A DNA stretch of 57,465 bases, counting the filler, from Sluysia triapertura (Eukaryota): assembly GCA_046118255.1 (NCBI GenBank). It is 4 parts of 4 records of this genome, joined end to end, with 100 filler letters (N's around TTAATTAATTAA, not from the genome) between each part and the next. Parts side by side here need not be neighbours in the genome. Positions count along the whole stretch, not along the records: positions 1 to 15,161 come from JBJNIA010236444.1; 3 more parts are not named here. One strand, 5' to 3'. Positions 1-11,099 of this stretch are shown one piece after another. The notes under the pieces were generated by a model. The model ran no database searches. It was not told where the DNA came from and saw nothing but the letters and a program-made list of their open reading frames with translations. The stretch's first letter is position 1, and each line of letters starts with the position of its first letter. The position numbers and the translations under genes are program-made.

Positions 1-371
1 TATATATATATACTAGAGAAATAAATTCTACTAATTTTATTGAATTTTACAGTTAAAATTGTTAATGAAACTTTTAAAGAAAATGAAATAACGATATATT
101 TTTTCGAAAGATGTACGAATTCGTATAATAATTTTAATATCTTAATATCTTTTAATATCGAAAAAACTCCACGCTCCTAAACAAATGTACCGAACGTTTG
201 TAATCAAAAATTTCCATTATTTTTCGTCAGTAACTGATAACAATCTGGACATTTCTGTCTACATCATGAAAACATAAGAAAGATATATCGATTTTATAGT
301 AGACATCGATACTGTTAGAATGAATAATATAGTCTAATTATCAACACCATCCGCAAGAATAATGAAATAAA

Positions 372-587
372 CATTCTTGTCGTTTTAAAGCCGCTATTTG
401 CCCTTATGTCGCAACACTCAAGGCGAGATGTTCCAGATATGGTAATCAATGTATCTACGCACTTAATGTTGCCGAATTAAGAAACAATTTTGTCTCGGGC
501 TCAAATCCATTCGGTCATCGTAGAAGAATTCACAATTTGATAGGTGAATTGACTTCAATTTCAAGAACGATCGTAATATTGAAGTAA
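372..587 (+). pseudogene. Degenerate CCCH zinc-finger gene fragment (TIS11/Roquin-like finger)
   Basis: Hand translation HSCRFKAAICPYVATLKARCSRYGNQCIYALNVAELR: a RFK lead-in, C-x9-C-x6-C-x3-L with the His codon apparently mutated (CTT at 462-464), and an ELR tail. In-frame stops lie just upstream. Confidence 0.55.
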
Positions 588-959
588 TTAATCCTTACTT
601 ATTTTATAAAACTATAATTTCCCAATTTCTTTTTTAATCTTATTTTCAATTATTTAGGAAAGAAATAAAACAGTTTGGCAAGGCGTACTCAGAAAACAAT
701 AAACTTCGATAAAATTTTAGATTCATGTTTATGTGTTATAAATTTTAGAAAAATAAAGTGTTTTTTGTTGATATTTATTTTTACCAATATTGTGAAAAAT
801 TGAGAATTTATTTAAAGTTTAATTATGACATATTTATAATTAGTGTACTTACTACTGAATCAAAGATAAATAATTTTATTAATGGAATCAATAATTATTA
901 CAAAGTTATTCATAAATTTAAATTTAAAACTTATAATTTCGTTTAATCATATAACATTT

Positions 960-1353
960 CAACTAAAATAGCTTATATTAATTTCCACTCCAAAGTGTGA
1001 CACAAGGGCTTATTTTTGATGGTGTTCTATTTTCATCTGTCAAAAAAACAAAGTTACAAAATAGAGAATTATGAAATTTCTAAATATACCAAAAACGTGA
1101 AGGACCAATAATTATAAATCATTAAAATGTCACAAAGAACATTCTTAATTTAACTGATTTTCATTATTTTAATACACGGTAAAGGTAATGCTTTGATAAT
1201 TGCTAATGAAATCTTACTTGGAGCATTGCCTCAAAATGAACCAGAATGCTTTGACAATGAAAGTATCTCAGAATATATTGTAATTTAAAGATAATTGTGC
1301 TTTAAATACAGAAGTATATGCTAAAGGGTTAAGTCTGAAATTAAAATCATCCT
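960..1353 (-). mobile_element. Decayed copy of the pogo/Tigger-like non-autonomous element at 49618-50203 (opposite orientation)
   Basis: Blocks such as ttatattaatttccactccaaa, gggcttattttt, aaaacaaagttacaaaata, gctttgataattgctaat, tttgacaatgaaagtatctcagaat and aaattaaaatcatcct match the reverse complement of 49618-50203 in collinear order. Confidence 0.75.
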
Positions 1354-2436
1354 TCTGGAGGGCGTTATGTAATTTGATTCAAATAAATTATAATTAATTA
1401 TATTTAATTTTAATACATTACATTTAATTTTCTTTATTTTTAAATATCTATTAAAGAAATTCAAGAATTTAATTCTCTTGGGCACTCTGCATGCATTAAA
1501 ATTATATCTGAATTGGTCCATAGATAATGGTCTTTTATCTCTTGAAACACTTAGTACTAAATATTGATGATGATGTAAAACAAAAAGTTTTGTTATAGGA
1601 TAAGTGTAATTGGCACATCTTTTTATTACAATTGGGTGTATAAAATTATTTGACATTTGCTCTTCGGTTAAAACAGACCATGTATCATTATTTAAGGATG
1701 ACTGACCAGTAATATTGAAAAATGGAATTAATTGTTCATTATTTATTAAATAGGTTTCTTCCTGAAAAAATTCTTGTAGCCAATTATTGAGATTATTTTA
1801 TAGTGATCCATACATAATATTTTGAGCAACAGTTCGTGTATCTTCAATATTGGTTGGTAGCTTTGCTGACAAAGCAACATTTGGTCGTATAGATTGTGAA
1901 GTTTCAAACTTAAATGGAAACTCTTTTCTTAACAAGTGCTCAATTTCTTTTAATACTAACGCTACATTTCCTGTAAAAATCTTTGGTTCGAACGATGAAT
2001 AAATTATTGGCTTTACATTCATCATTACCAATAAATAATGTTGAATAATTACTGGTTTATTTTGTACAAATGTCCAATTATAATCTTCGCCATCATTAAA
2101 ATGTATATCATCTATTGTAACGGATATGCATAGATAATAATAATTTTTTACATTTAAACGCTTAGAATTAGTGAAATTATCACAAGATGTTGAATTTTCC
2201 ATTGATTTAAAAATATTAAAGCATCCCAATGCTCTACTGGGTCTAATAATAAAAAGTTCATCAACTATATAAACTATTAGTATTATAAATTTTGTTTCCC
2301 ATGTTGTATTTTCCTTAGGATTTGGGTCAAAAATCCCATTAACCATAATTGTTTTGTTACATAATGCAAACATTTTTATATTTATTATCACTAATAAATA
2401 AATATTGAACAAAATCATAAAAGTATCATTTCGCAT
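1321..2436 (-). pseudogene. Secreted/extracellular glycoprotein-like frame with one internal TAA, 3'-truncated by the Tigger-like copy; weak resemblance to an iGluR/IR S1 ligand-binding segment
   Basis: ORFs 1798-2436 and 1321-1656 are in the same frame, separated only by TAA at 1800-1798. Hydrophobic N-terminus and at least 8 N-x-S/T sequons. VKPIIY...FTGNVALVLKEIEHLL loosely resembles S1. The last codons derive from the TE. Confidence 0.45.
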
Positions 2437-2493
2437 TGATTTTTAATAATTACAAAATTTTTTAACTGCTAATGATAATTTGTATTATTTGTA

Positions 2494-3045
2494 TTATTTC
2501 CTTACATAATTTCGACGAGAAATTATGGGATAGCAAAGGAGAGCAGAAAAAGTACTGATATAATAGTTTGTACATATTTGATTTGTAGTAAATTGTGCTA
2601 TCAAGGGAACCATTCTCTTTATTTTCACTTTTGTTAATTGAATGGACAAAGAACCAGTTCCAGCAATACCGAAAGGTGGCGATATTAGAATACGATTTAA
2701 TGGAGTACTGTTTGTGGAAAAAATATTTGACGGGTTCGGAGAAAGTTCTGACAGTTTCGAAATTAAGTAATTAAGTAGTAAATACGATGAAATGAAATTG
2801 TTATCGAAGTATTTCAATGAGTTGTGTTTTATAGTTCCATCTCCATCGTCAATAGTAGATGCAAGACTTGTACTACATATATTGACTAGATTTAGTAGAC
2901 CAATTGGATTAATATATGATTGAATATATGATACAGCACTAATAGAATCGGTAGTTAACACTGATCGTAATTTAACAAGTAAATAAATATATGTACACAT
3001 ATAAACGAATATATATAAATATATAAACTTAAGAAAAAAATACAA
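2494..3045 (-). CDS. Unidentified 183-codon open frame (S/T-rich, hydrophobic N-terminus), possibly an exon
   Basis: Long stop-free frame in AT-rich DNA with a GTAAGG donor-like motif near its 3' end. No recognisable domain. Confidence 0.3.
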   Translation of the reverse strand: MYFFLKFIYLYIFVYMCTYIYLLVKLRSVLTTDSISAVSYIQSYINPIGLLNLVNICSTSLASTIDDGDGTIKHNSLKYFDNNFISSYLLLNYLISKLSELSPNPSNIFSTNSTPLNRILISPPFGIAGTGSLSIQLTKVKIKRMVPLIAQFTTNQICTNYYISTFSALLCYPIISRRNYVRK

Positions 3046-3805
3046 GAATAAGAAAGTTGATAATAAGGAAAAAGAAATAATAATGATAACAATAATGTGG
3101 TTATTATATAATTTAGAATGATGGTGTGGATATTAAATTTTATTTGTGAAATTTATTATAAAAGTTATTATTTAATAATCATATTATATAACAATAATGA
3201 CAATAATTATTATATATATTGTTTAATACAATTTGAATTGTAATAACAATAGCTGTAGTTCATGATAATTATGTGCAATGACTATGTTTGTTTTTTGAAT
3301 GAGTTTAGCAATTTGTTTAATAATCTGTGTACATGTGAAATGTTTTTATGTGTTGAAGTGTGATGAATTTTATGTGATTTCCCTACAATGCCAAAGAATG
3401 ACTAGTTTCTCAAATCAAAAAGCTTAATTTTTCTGAAAGCTTTATTTGTTAACTTTGGTTTTATTTTTTGATTGAAAAATTTTAATGCTTATATAATTGT
3501 AATAAATAGTCTTTGTAAATAGATAAAAAATAGACTTTGATAATATTGTGATTACATACTTTATTGATTTTTATGTGTGCCATTGTTTTGTTGTGGATTT
3601 TTATACTGTGCTATTAATTATTTGTTTAATTAAATTTGGATTAAGAATTAAATGTGAGTAATTTATTTAAACTAATATTTTAATGTAATATTTTAAGGAA
3701 AATATTTATTGTTTTAATATTTTTAAAGTGAAAAGCTAATGTTTTAAATAAAATATTTATTGTTAGATATTTTAATATTTTACCGTAATTATAAAACATT
3801 TATAT

Positions 3806-4560
3806 TGTTTAAATTATTAATGTCAAAGTCAGTTACAGAACTAGTATAAACAACCTAACATTTATAATAATTCACACAACATTTTAACTACACAAGATTG
3901 CTTAAAGATAGTCGTCGGTAACTAGTACAGGAACTGACTCTTGGAAGATTAATTTATTGTTTCTTGTTAGTTTATTATTATTAAGGACGTACCTATTACG
4001 TACATTCGTATTTTTTGACTTAAAATCATAATTTAAATTATTTTAGAACTGTTTAAACATCTGTTTAAACTATTGTTTTTGAATTAACTTAGAATAGTTA
4101 ATTGTGTAACATATTATTTATTTGCTTATTATAATTAAATTGTTATTGTAACAATTTTTGTAATTAATATACTTTGAGAAAATTGGTTTTATTGGTTATT
4201 ACAATAAAAAAGTTTAATACTTTTAAAGAGAATCAAATCAAAATTTATCGTCGAAAATATATTGTCGAATGTTATCAATATCGTAATATTTCGATGTTGT
4301 TACATTTCATTTGTGAATCCTTTTAACGGATTCTTCGTAATATTTACTTTAATAACACATTTACCTTATAGTTTTAAAAAGTAACTTATTTACCAGAACT
4401 TTTTTTGAAAAAAGTGATTTAATTAAATTGAAAAAACTTTAATATTAGACCTTTACTGGTTCGTTTTTTAAATCCAACGGCTAGTCCTAACCGGTAAGCC
4501 TGGTACGTTGGTGAATCACCATAATCATTCTTTTATTCTCGATTTAAGAAAAAATCTAGT
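3806..4560 (+). mobile_element. Hairpin-family element copy 1 (solo-LTR-like)
   Basis: Starts TGTTT after ATAT and ATAT follows at 4561. Contains AAAGTCA then GTATAAA near the 5' end and the conserved hairpin at 4465-4519. The 3' CA terminus is not preserved. Confidence 0.5.
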
Positions 4561-5451
4561 ATATTATTGCGTGCGTATCATTAGTCAATAAAGATTAATT
4601 AACGATAAAACTTTTAGTACACATTTTTGAATTTAAAACTACTGTAAATAAAAATTAATTTGATTTAAAATATTTAATAATTCTATTTTAATTTTTCATT
4701 TGATATTCGAATAAAAAAGATTTTAATTAGTTTTTAATTAAATTTAAATTTAAAAGAAAATAATTGATTCTTACTCTAGTGTTAAATCTGTACACTTCAT
4801 ATTTTACTAAACACAAATATAAACATAAATCACATCGACCTAACTTATAAACATTTCATCCACCTCATAACTTCACCATTCAAGCTATAAAATTTAGATA
4901 ACAGAATCACCAACATATAAAATCATCGTAATCTACAAATTATATTAATCTATTATAAATGTATTATGTATTTTTGTTGATATCGCCTTTTTCGTCCGCT
5001 TTAGCAGCATGCAAAAAAATATTAATAGTGTCTCTAATATATTATATAGATAAATTTATTGCTATATGTTGAATCAGAACTTTTCTGTAAATTTTTTATG
5101 CCCTACTAATGTTATATGTTTAATCCTATTAATTATGTACATTTAAGCAGTTATTCTATCGTTGTCCTAAGGTAAATGAAAGTTAAAAAAGTTTAAAGTC
5201 AAGCAATGTATATATTTAGAAAATGTTCTTGTTAATGTATTTTTATGTTTTAATATTGTTTTAATATTATTCCCAATCCTGAAACATTTAAAAAGTTTAT
5301 ATTAAAAAATTTTTTAATATATCATGTTAAATTTAAAAACTTTTCAATGGACATTTTTAAATGAAATACAAAGTACTCGTGAAATCTTTTCAAGTGCTAA
5401 CAAAAAGAAAACAAATCGAAAGCAAAATTAGAAATTTATAAATCATTCTAT

Positions 5452-5706
5452 ATGTTTAGAGTAAAAGAAGATCAATTTGAAATAATCACAGCTGCATTGC
5501 TAAAAATTAGTACTGAAAAGCATTCAGATATTCACGATATTTTAAAAGTAACGTCGACTATTTTGGTGAATTTTAGTTTTGCTAGTGATAAAATGAAGAA
5601 ATATCATAATCTGATAATACGATGTTTTTTAAAGGAACACTTAGATGCCAAGTTGTGTGTTATGGAGCATTTGAACGAAGAAAAATATTTCAGTGTTTAT
5701 GATTGA
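5452..5706 (+). pseudogene. Unidentified helical-repeat (ARM-like?) exon remnant
   Basis: Protein-like frame following a tttag acceptor. TILVNFSFASDKMK loosely resembles an ARM repeat. The frame is closed by stops. Confidence 0.2.
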
Positions 5707-5789
5707 TGCAATTATTTCTTGGCTAAATTGTGTCTATGTTAAAGATATTATTTGAACTGGGTGAAAATTGAGAAATTAAAAGTAAAATG

Positions 5790-6400
5790 AAATTTATTTG
5801 CTTTGAAGTGTATTTTTAAACCCTAAGAGTATCGAGTCGGAGCAAGATAAGATTATTTTGCAGAATCCTGAGAATGATTTCATAAATACGCTTTTAAATA
5901 TAATTTTTGTTAGTAAAACGAATCTATTGATGTTAAGACTTCTGTTTACTACTCGATATACCTTCTAATATTTGAAATTATAAAACAATATTTCACGTAA
6001 CTCATCTAAGTGATAACTAATTAATATATCTATGTCATAAAAAGACAAAAAGTATAAACAATCAAATTTAAAGACACTAAACGTTTTTAACACATGCAAT
6101 AAAGGTGTCGGTGCAAAAATCAAAATATCACATCCATTTAAAATCGACATCATCGTCCGGTGTTCAACTTCTCCAGCATAACAATATACTATTCTTAGTT
6201 TGCGAACTTTATCATTATCTCTAGTGTACTTTTCATCTTCATGTAGTATTGCGTAAATTTCTGATACTAGACTAGTTACTTTAAAAGGCCTTCTTCTATA
6301 CAATCTTCGACAAACATTGACAACATAAATCTTCTGTACCGTAACCTCATTATGACGTGCTTGATCAATACTTAAAAGTTTATGATGAGCAGATACACTT
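5790..6400 (-). pseudogene. TDRD12: TDRD12-like (Yb-family) DEAD-box-like helicase fragment
   Basis: CYAGEVEHRTMMSILNGCDILIFAPTPLLHVL...CLYFLSFYDIDILISYHLDELREIL matches motif Ia-II of TDRD12-type degenerate helicases. The frame continues through TAG at 5967-5965 into RFVLLTK...FMKSFSGFCKIILS. No motif I or Tudor domain seen. Confidence 0.55.
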
Positions 6401-7528
6401 TTGACTGTTACTCTAGACATTTTTTGAAATTGATCTTTGAATACTTTTAAATTATAATGGCTTTGTTCACTTAATGAAATTGATTTTTGAAAATATCTAT
6501 TTAGCACTCTTCAATCTTGAATTTAATTTGAAATGCTATTTTTGAATTCTGGCTTTATTTTTTAATAATGCTGTTAACTTTATCTTGACCTTGGATAAAA
6601 TATAGTTTTGATAATTCTATCCACAAGTAAGTGAACTTGACATTCAAGGTCAGTCATATAGTTTGAACATCTTTTTATTTGTGTACTATTACATAACTAG
6701 ATAAGGTTCATTAAACATATTTCTGTAGATTTATAATATATATTAAATGATTTGAAACAAAAATCTCTGATAAATATTAGTAACACATTACAAAATAGGT
6801 TTAAAAAATTTAATGTTTTATTGAAGTGTATCAGTTAAATATTTAGAAAGTAATAACTAAACACTAAACTAAATAAAATTTAATGAAATAAGACTTTTGC
6901 AAATCATCAACTAATAATTATGATAGATAATTAATAATTTACAAAAGGATATAAAATAATTTGTTTCTATAAGCTATTTTTTGTGCTAAATAATATAATA
7001 TAATATAATGTATGATTGTTTCTAAATAATTTATTTAATATAATAATCGAACTGTAATAAATGCAAGTTAAATTTAAAAGATTATATATAGCTTTAAAAC
7101 AATTTCAAGACAAAGTGATTAACGTTATAGAAAATTATGATTCCGTGCAATTCAAACTAAGAGAATGTATTTATTATACAAGATCTATTTAAATTTTGAA
7201 CACTTTATTTAAAATTTAATTATTATAACACAGTTTACTCCTTTTTCACCGGTCTAAATTTAATCATGATAGTAGAACATATAGCTTAATATTTATACAT
7301 ACTATATAAAACGTTTTCGTTTTTATGAAATAATTAAATAATTCATAAAAATAATTTTATAATTTATAATTAAACCAAAAACAAATCAAATTAGTTTATC
7401 ATATATATGGAATTATTCATACACAAATAAATTTAAATCTATTAAATTTAAAGATCAATTTCAGGAATTAATTATACATTTTTCGTAAATTTTGTGATAA
7501 AATTATTTCATAAGTACAACACAGATTA

Positions 7529-7828
7529 TTAACTAGGTAAGTTACTTATTACAACACCTTTACATAAATGAAACGCTCCAGTTCCTTGAACTAGTGATTT
7601 CTCGTAATCAATACGTTGTTTAATGATTGGTATGCGTATTTGTAATAATTTCATTATAGAAGCAGGTGAAGATAATGTTTGAGGCGATGTAGTGAATTGA
7701 CATGTTTTTAATGATTGACAAATTGCATATTTATCATAACATTTTCTATATTTATAATTGATTAAACAATTCGTTTCATTGCTTGTAGTTGTATCAGACA
7801 GAGGTTCATAATGGAATTGAATCTGCAT
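7529..7828 (-). CDS. Unidentified 99-aa ORF
   Basis: ATG-initiated with protein-like composition and no recognised motif. Confidence 0.2.
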   Translation of the reverse strand: MQIQFHYEPLSDTTTSNETNCLINYKYRKCYDKYAICQSLKTCQFTTSPQTLSSPASIMKLLQIRIPIIKQRIDYEKSLVQGTGAFHLCKGVVISNLPS

Positions 7829-8354
7829 TAATTATTATCATTATCGTTATGTTTATAAATTTTAATTATAACTAGTAACATATAAATTATAATTTATAAA
7901 TGTAGCAGACAAACACATAAAAACAGAGACATTTAATCGCCTCTACGATTGTATGTTTATAAATAATTGTTTTATTGTAGCAATTTCTACAAAATTGCTA
8001 TACAGTAATTCGAATTATTGTATTTTGTCAATATTATTTCCACAAAAGCTTAATAACAATTCTGAAATCAATGAAGTTGGATCGAAGATATTATCGAAAA
8101 AGTTGAATGCATAGTTAAAATGAAGTATAATTATTTTAATGAGAACTTTTTATTCTACCCTTACGAGTTTAACATTCTTTAGGAGGTGCACAGATATTTG
8201 TTGACAAAAATGACTTTTGATATCCGATGTAACCAAAATGAGAAATACATTTTAAGACAAAATAGCCCGCAAGAAACCAAAGAATTTCTAAGACTTCAAA
8301 CATTTATTGAAGATGCATGAATAAAGTATTATTAGAAATGTTTGAAAATGCCAT

Positions 8355-9042
8355 TGTAATATAAATACTACTTTATAAAGTTTTCAGTAAAAAGCATGTA
8401 TTGCTTAAAATATTACTTAACTTTGTATGTATTCTATTAGTACCTACATTAAAAGAGACCACACATATTTTAATAAATTGTTAGGTTATCATCACAACTC
8501 ATTAAAAATCTTATATTCCAAAAAAGAAACTTATTTTCGAAAAAGAAAAATTTCAAAAAATAGGAAACGTTTCTAGAATGTTCTAGAACATTCCAGAAGT
8601 CTATTGGTTTTTGATTGACTCTTGGCTTATGTAAATAGCTGCAGTTAAATAATAAAATCGCCATTCATTTTAAAATCTTTATTTTACATACAAAAAAGTT
8701 AGCCATTTTGTTTTTTAAAAAAATTGAGCAGCTATTTTCTCTATTCTGAAGAATTACTAGTAGTTACTTAGTTAATTCATCATCATATTTTCACTTAAAG
8801 CGAGATAATTTGAGTCATTATGGCTTAATAATGAATTTTTTCCGAAAAATTGACCAATAGAAATATACAAAAGTAATTTTACACGATTTTGAATCTATAT
8901 TAAAACCTATAGGAATGTTGAAATAAAATTAAGGACTATTTATGTGACCTTTTAAATACATAATACTGTAAATAGTACTGAAAATTTTTAGATACAAACA
9001 GACAATTTGAACATTTTGGAGAAATATTTATTATCTTTTACA
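8355..9042 (+). mobile_element. Probable solo LTR with heat-shock element (boundaries approximate)
   Basis: TGTAA...TTACA ends. Shares the HSE-ATTGG-TATA-like layout and the terminal atcttttaca with the 54936-55353 solo LTR. TSD not convincing. Confidence 0.45.
8571..8598. promoter_or_regulatory. Heat-shock element, six alternating nGAAn units
   Basis: TTCtaGAAtgTTCtaGAAcaTTCcaGAA, followed by ATTGG and a TATA-like tatgtaaata. Confidence 0.75.
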
Positions 9043-9086
9043 AACATTATTTCTCTAGGTTTTCATAAGACAAATCTTAAATTCAA

Positions 9087-9235
9087 GGTTTACTAACCGG
9101 GCATGTTTTACTAAAGTGACAATAATCTTGATATTTACTGAGAAACAAACCATAGATCTGCGTTCCTGTAAGCATATCTAATTGTTTTATTATTGAACAT
9201 GGAGTCATGACTAGCGTGTTTCCTGACTTATAACC
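9087..9235 (+). repeat. Short dispersed repeat (MITE-like family also at ~26695-26870 and ~55750-55860)
   Basis: Shared gtttac..taaccg and aaaccatag motifs. tgcgttcctgtaa here is the reverse complement of ttacaggaacgca at ~55752. ctgacttataa is shared with ~26860. Confidence 0.45.
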
Positions 9236-9242
9236 TTAATGC

Positions 9243-9300
<58 letters not shown>

Positions 9301-9301
9301 T
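9243..9301. repeat. (AAT)n microsatellite
   Basis: Perfect AAT run. Confidence 0.95.
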
Positions 9302-11099
9302 TAAAGTATCCTAACTGTAAAGAAAGGAATAATTTCACAGATTATTGATCCAGCTTTCGTTCTTACTTTCTGACTTAAACATTTCATGACGTTCGGGTCA
9401 AGTTGCACATTTTAAGTTTTACCTGAATACAATTCAATATCGCCTCTTAATTTTGATCATCTTCGCAAAGTATGCCTCACCAACATTAAAAAATGTTGCT
9501 GATAGTAACTCTCAACAAATTGTCAGTTAAATTCCTCTTCTTTGTGCTCCGTTTAAGTCTTAAAAAAGCTTAATTGCAAAACAAAAGATAAGAGTTTGCT
9601 TGTAATGTACGACTTACGGGAGCGCATCTACAAGTAACGTGAATAATTATACGCGTTCAATTAACGAAAAAATGCTTTCGTTATATAATTTATATAATTC
9701 ATAATTTCTTGACTTTCTATTGCCACTATAATATTTTTCGTACTCGAAGGTAATGAGCGTACTTTAGCATTCAAACTTATTCGAAGGTCAATATTATTAT
9801 CAACCTTTAATTACTAATGAATAAATAAGTCACTAAACATATATATTAACCAAAAAGATTTTACCAAAAAAAATCAATGATTTCTCAACGAAATGTTAAT
9901 AATGTATCGTTCTTATTCAAAATAGAAAACAACATAAATAAAATAAACAACAATTATAATATCGATAATAAATTAATAGATAAAGCCTTTTGACTTTATA
10001 CAAAAAATTCAAATGTTTTACTGCAGATTTTATAATTGACTCGAAAGTTTACTCTTATAAATGAGATTTTGAGTAAGATTTTATGACTCTTACTATACAC
10101 TATAAACTTACTACTTGTTACTAGAAATCAAGATATCAAAAATCAGTTTGATGTTTCTCGAACACTATGTTAAATATCTACAAAATACAAATTTGGGAGC
10201 TTTTCGTAAATTATGTCGACCGCTAAACCAGAGAGTTTAATTTAATTTAATTCTTTTAAACTCGATAATGAAATTTATACTTTCAGTGAAATTACTTTGT
10301 CAATTATTAGAGACTAGCTACTGTTACTGTCGTGATTTTTGTGTGAATAAAATTAAGAAACATTCTGTATTTATACTATCCATTAATATTCATTATTCTT
10401 ATTCTGTTCTAAAAGAATCCATTAGTTTTAAGGGATATTTTATTATTATTTACAAAAATTCCATTAATGTTCATTAGTTTAATGGACTTATTTATTTATT
10501 TCTAAGCTTCACTATTAATGGATTATTTCGTTTTATTTTGATAAATTAATTTTATAATTTTATTTTTAATTTAATAATAATATTTATAAATTTATACAAA
10601 AATGTAAATACATATATGTACATAACTTGCATAAAATTTTTTATAACATTTGTAAATGATGTGAGGTTGCAGACTTATAGACCTCACTTAATTAGCGTTA
10701 AATAATTGATATCTTTTCATTCTTAAAAAATAAGTAGAAATTCTGAAACGCATATTACCTTTATAAATGTACTTTATTATATAAATTTATAATATTTTAG
10801 CATAAATGAATTAAGATATTTTTAAAAGCAATCTTCATTTTTGTGTGTGAAATACATTTTCACACATAATTCACATAATTCAAGCATTTTATTCAATAAG
10901 TTAACATAAATAGGTTTAAGACAGAAATTAAATGCATCCAAGCAATTAAAATACGTACATCAATATTTTATAAATCGTGTATTAATCACTTCATATTTAT
11001 TAATTACTTTAAATATTTATAAATTAATTTCAAGTTTAAATTACATACATTTAAATTATTTTTAAATTAATTTAATTAGATTTAATTCAATTTACATCA

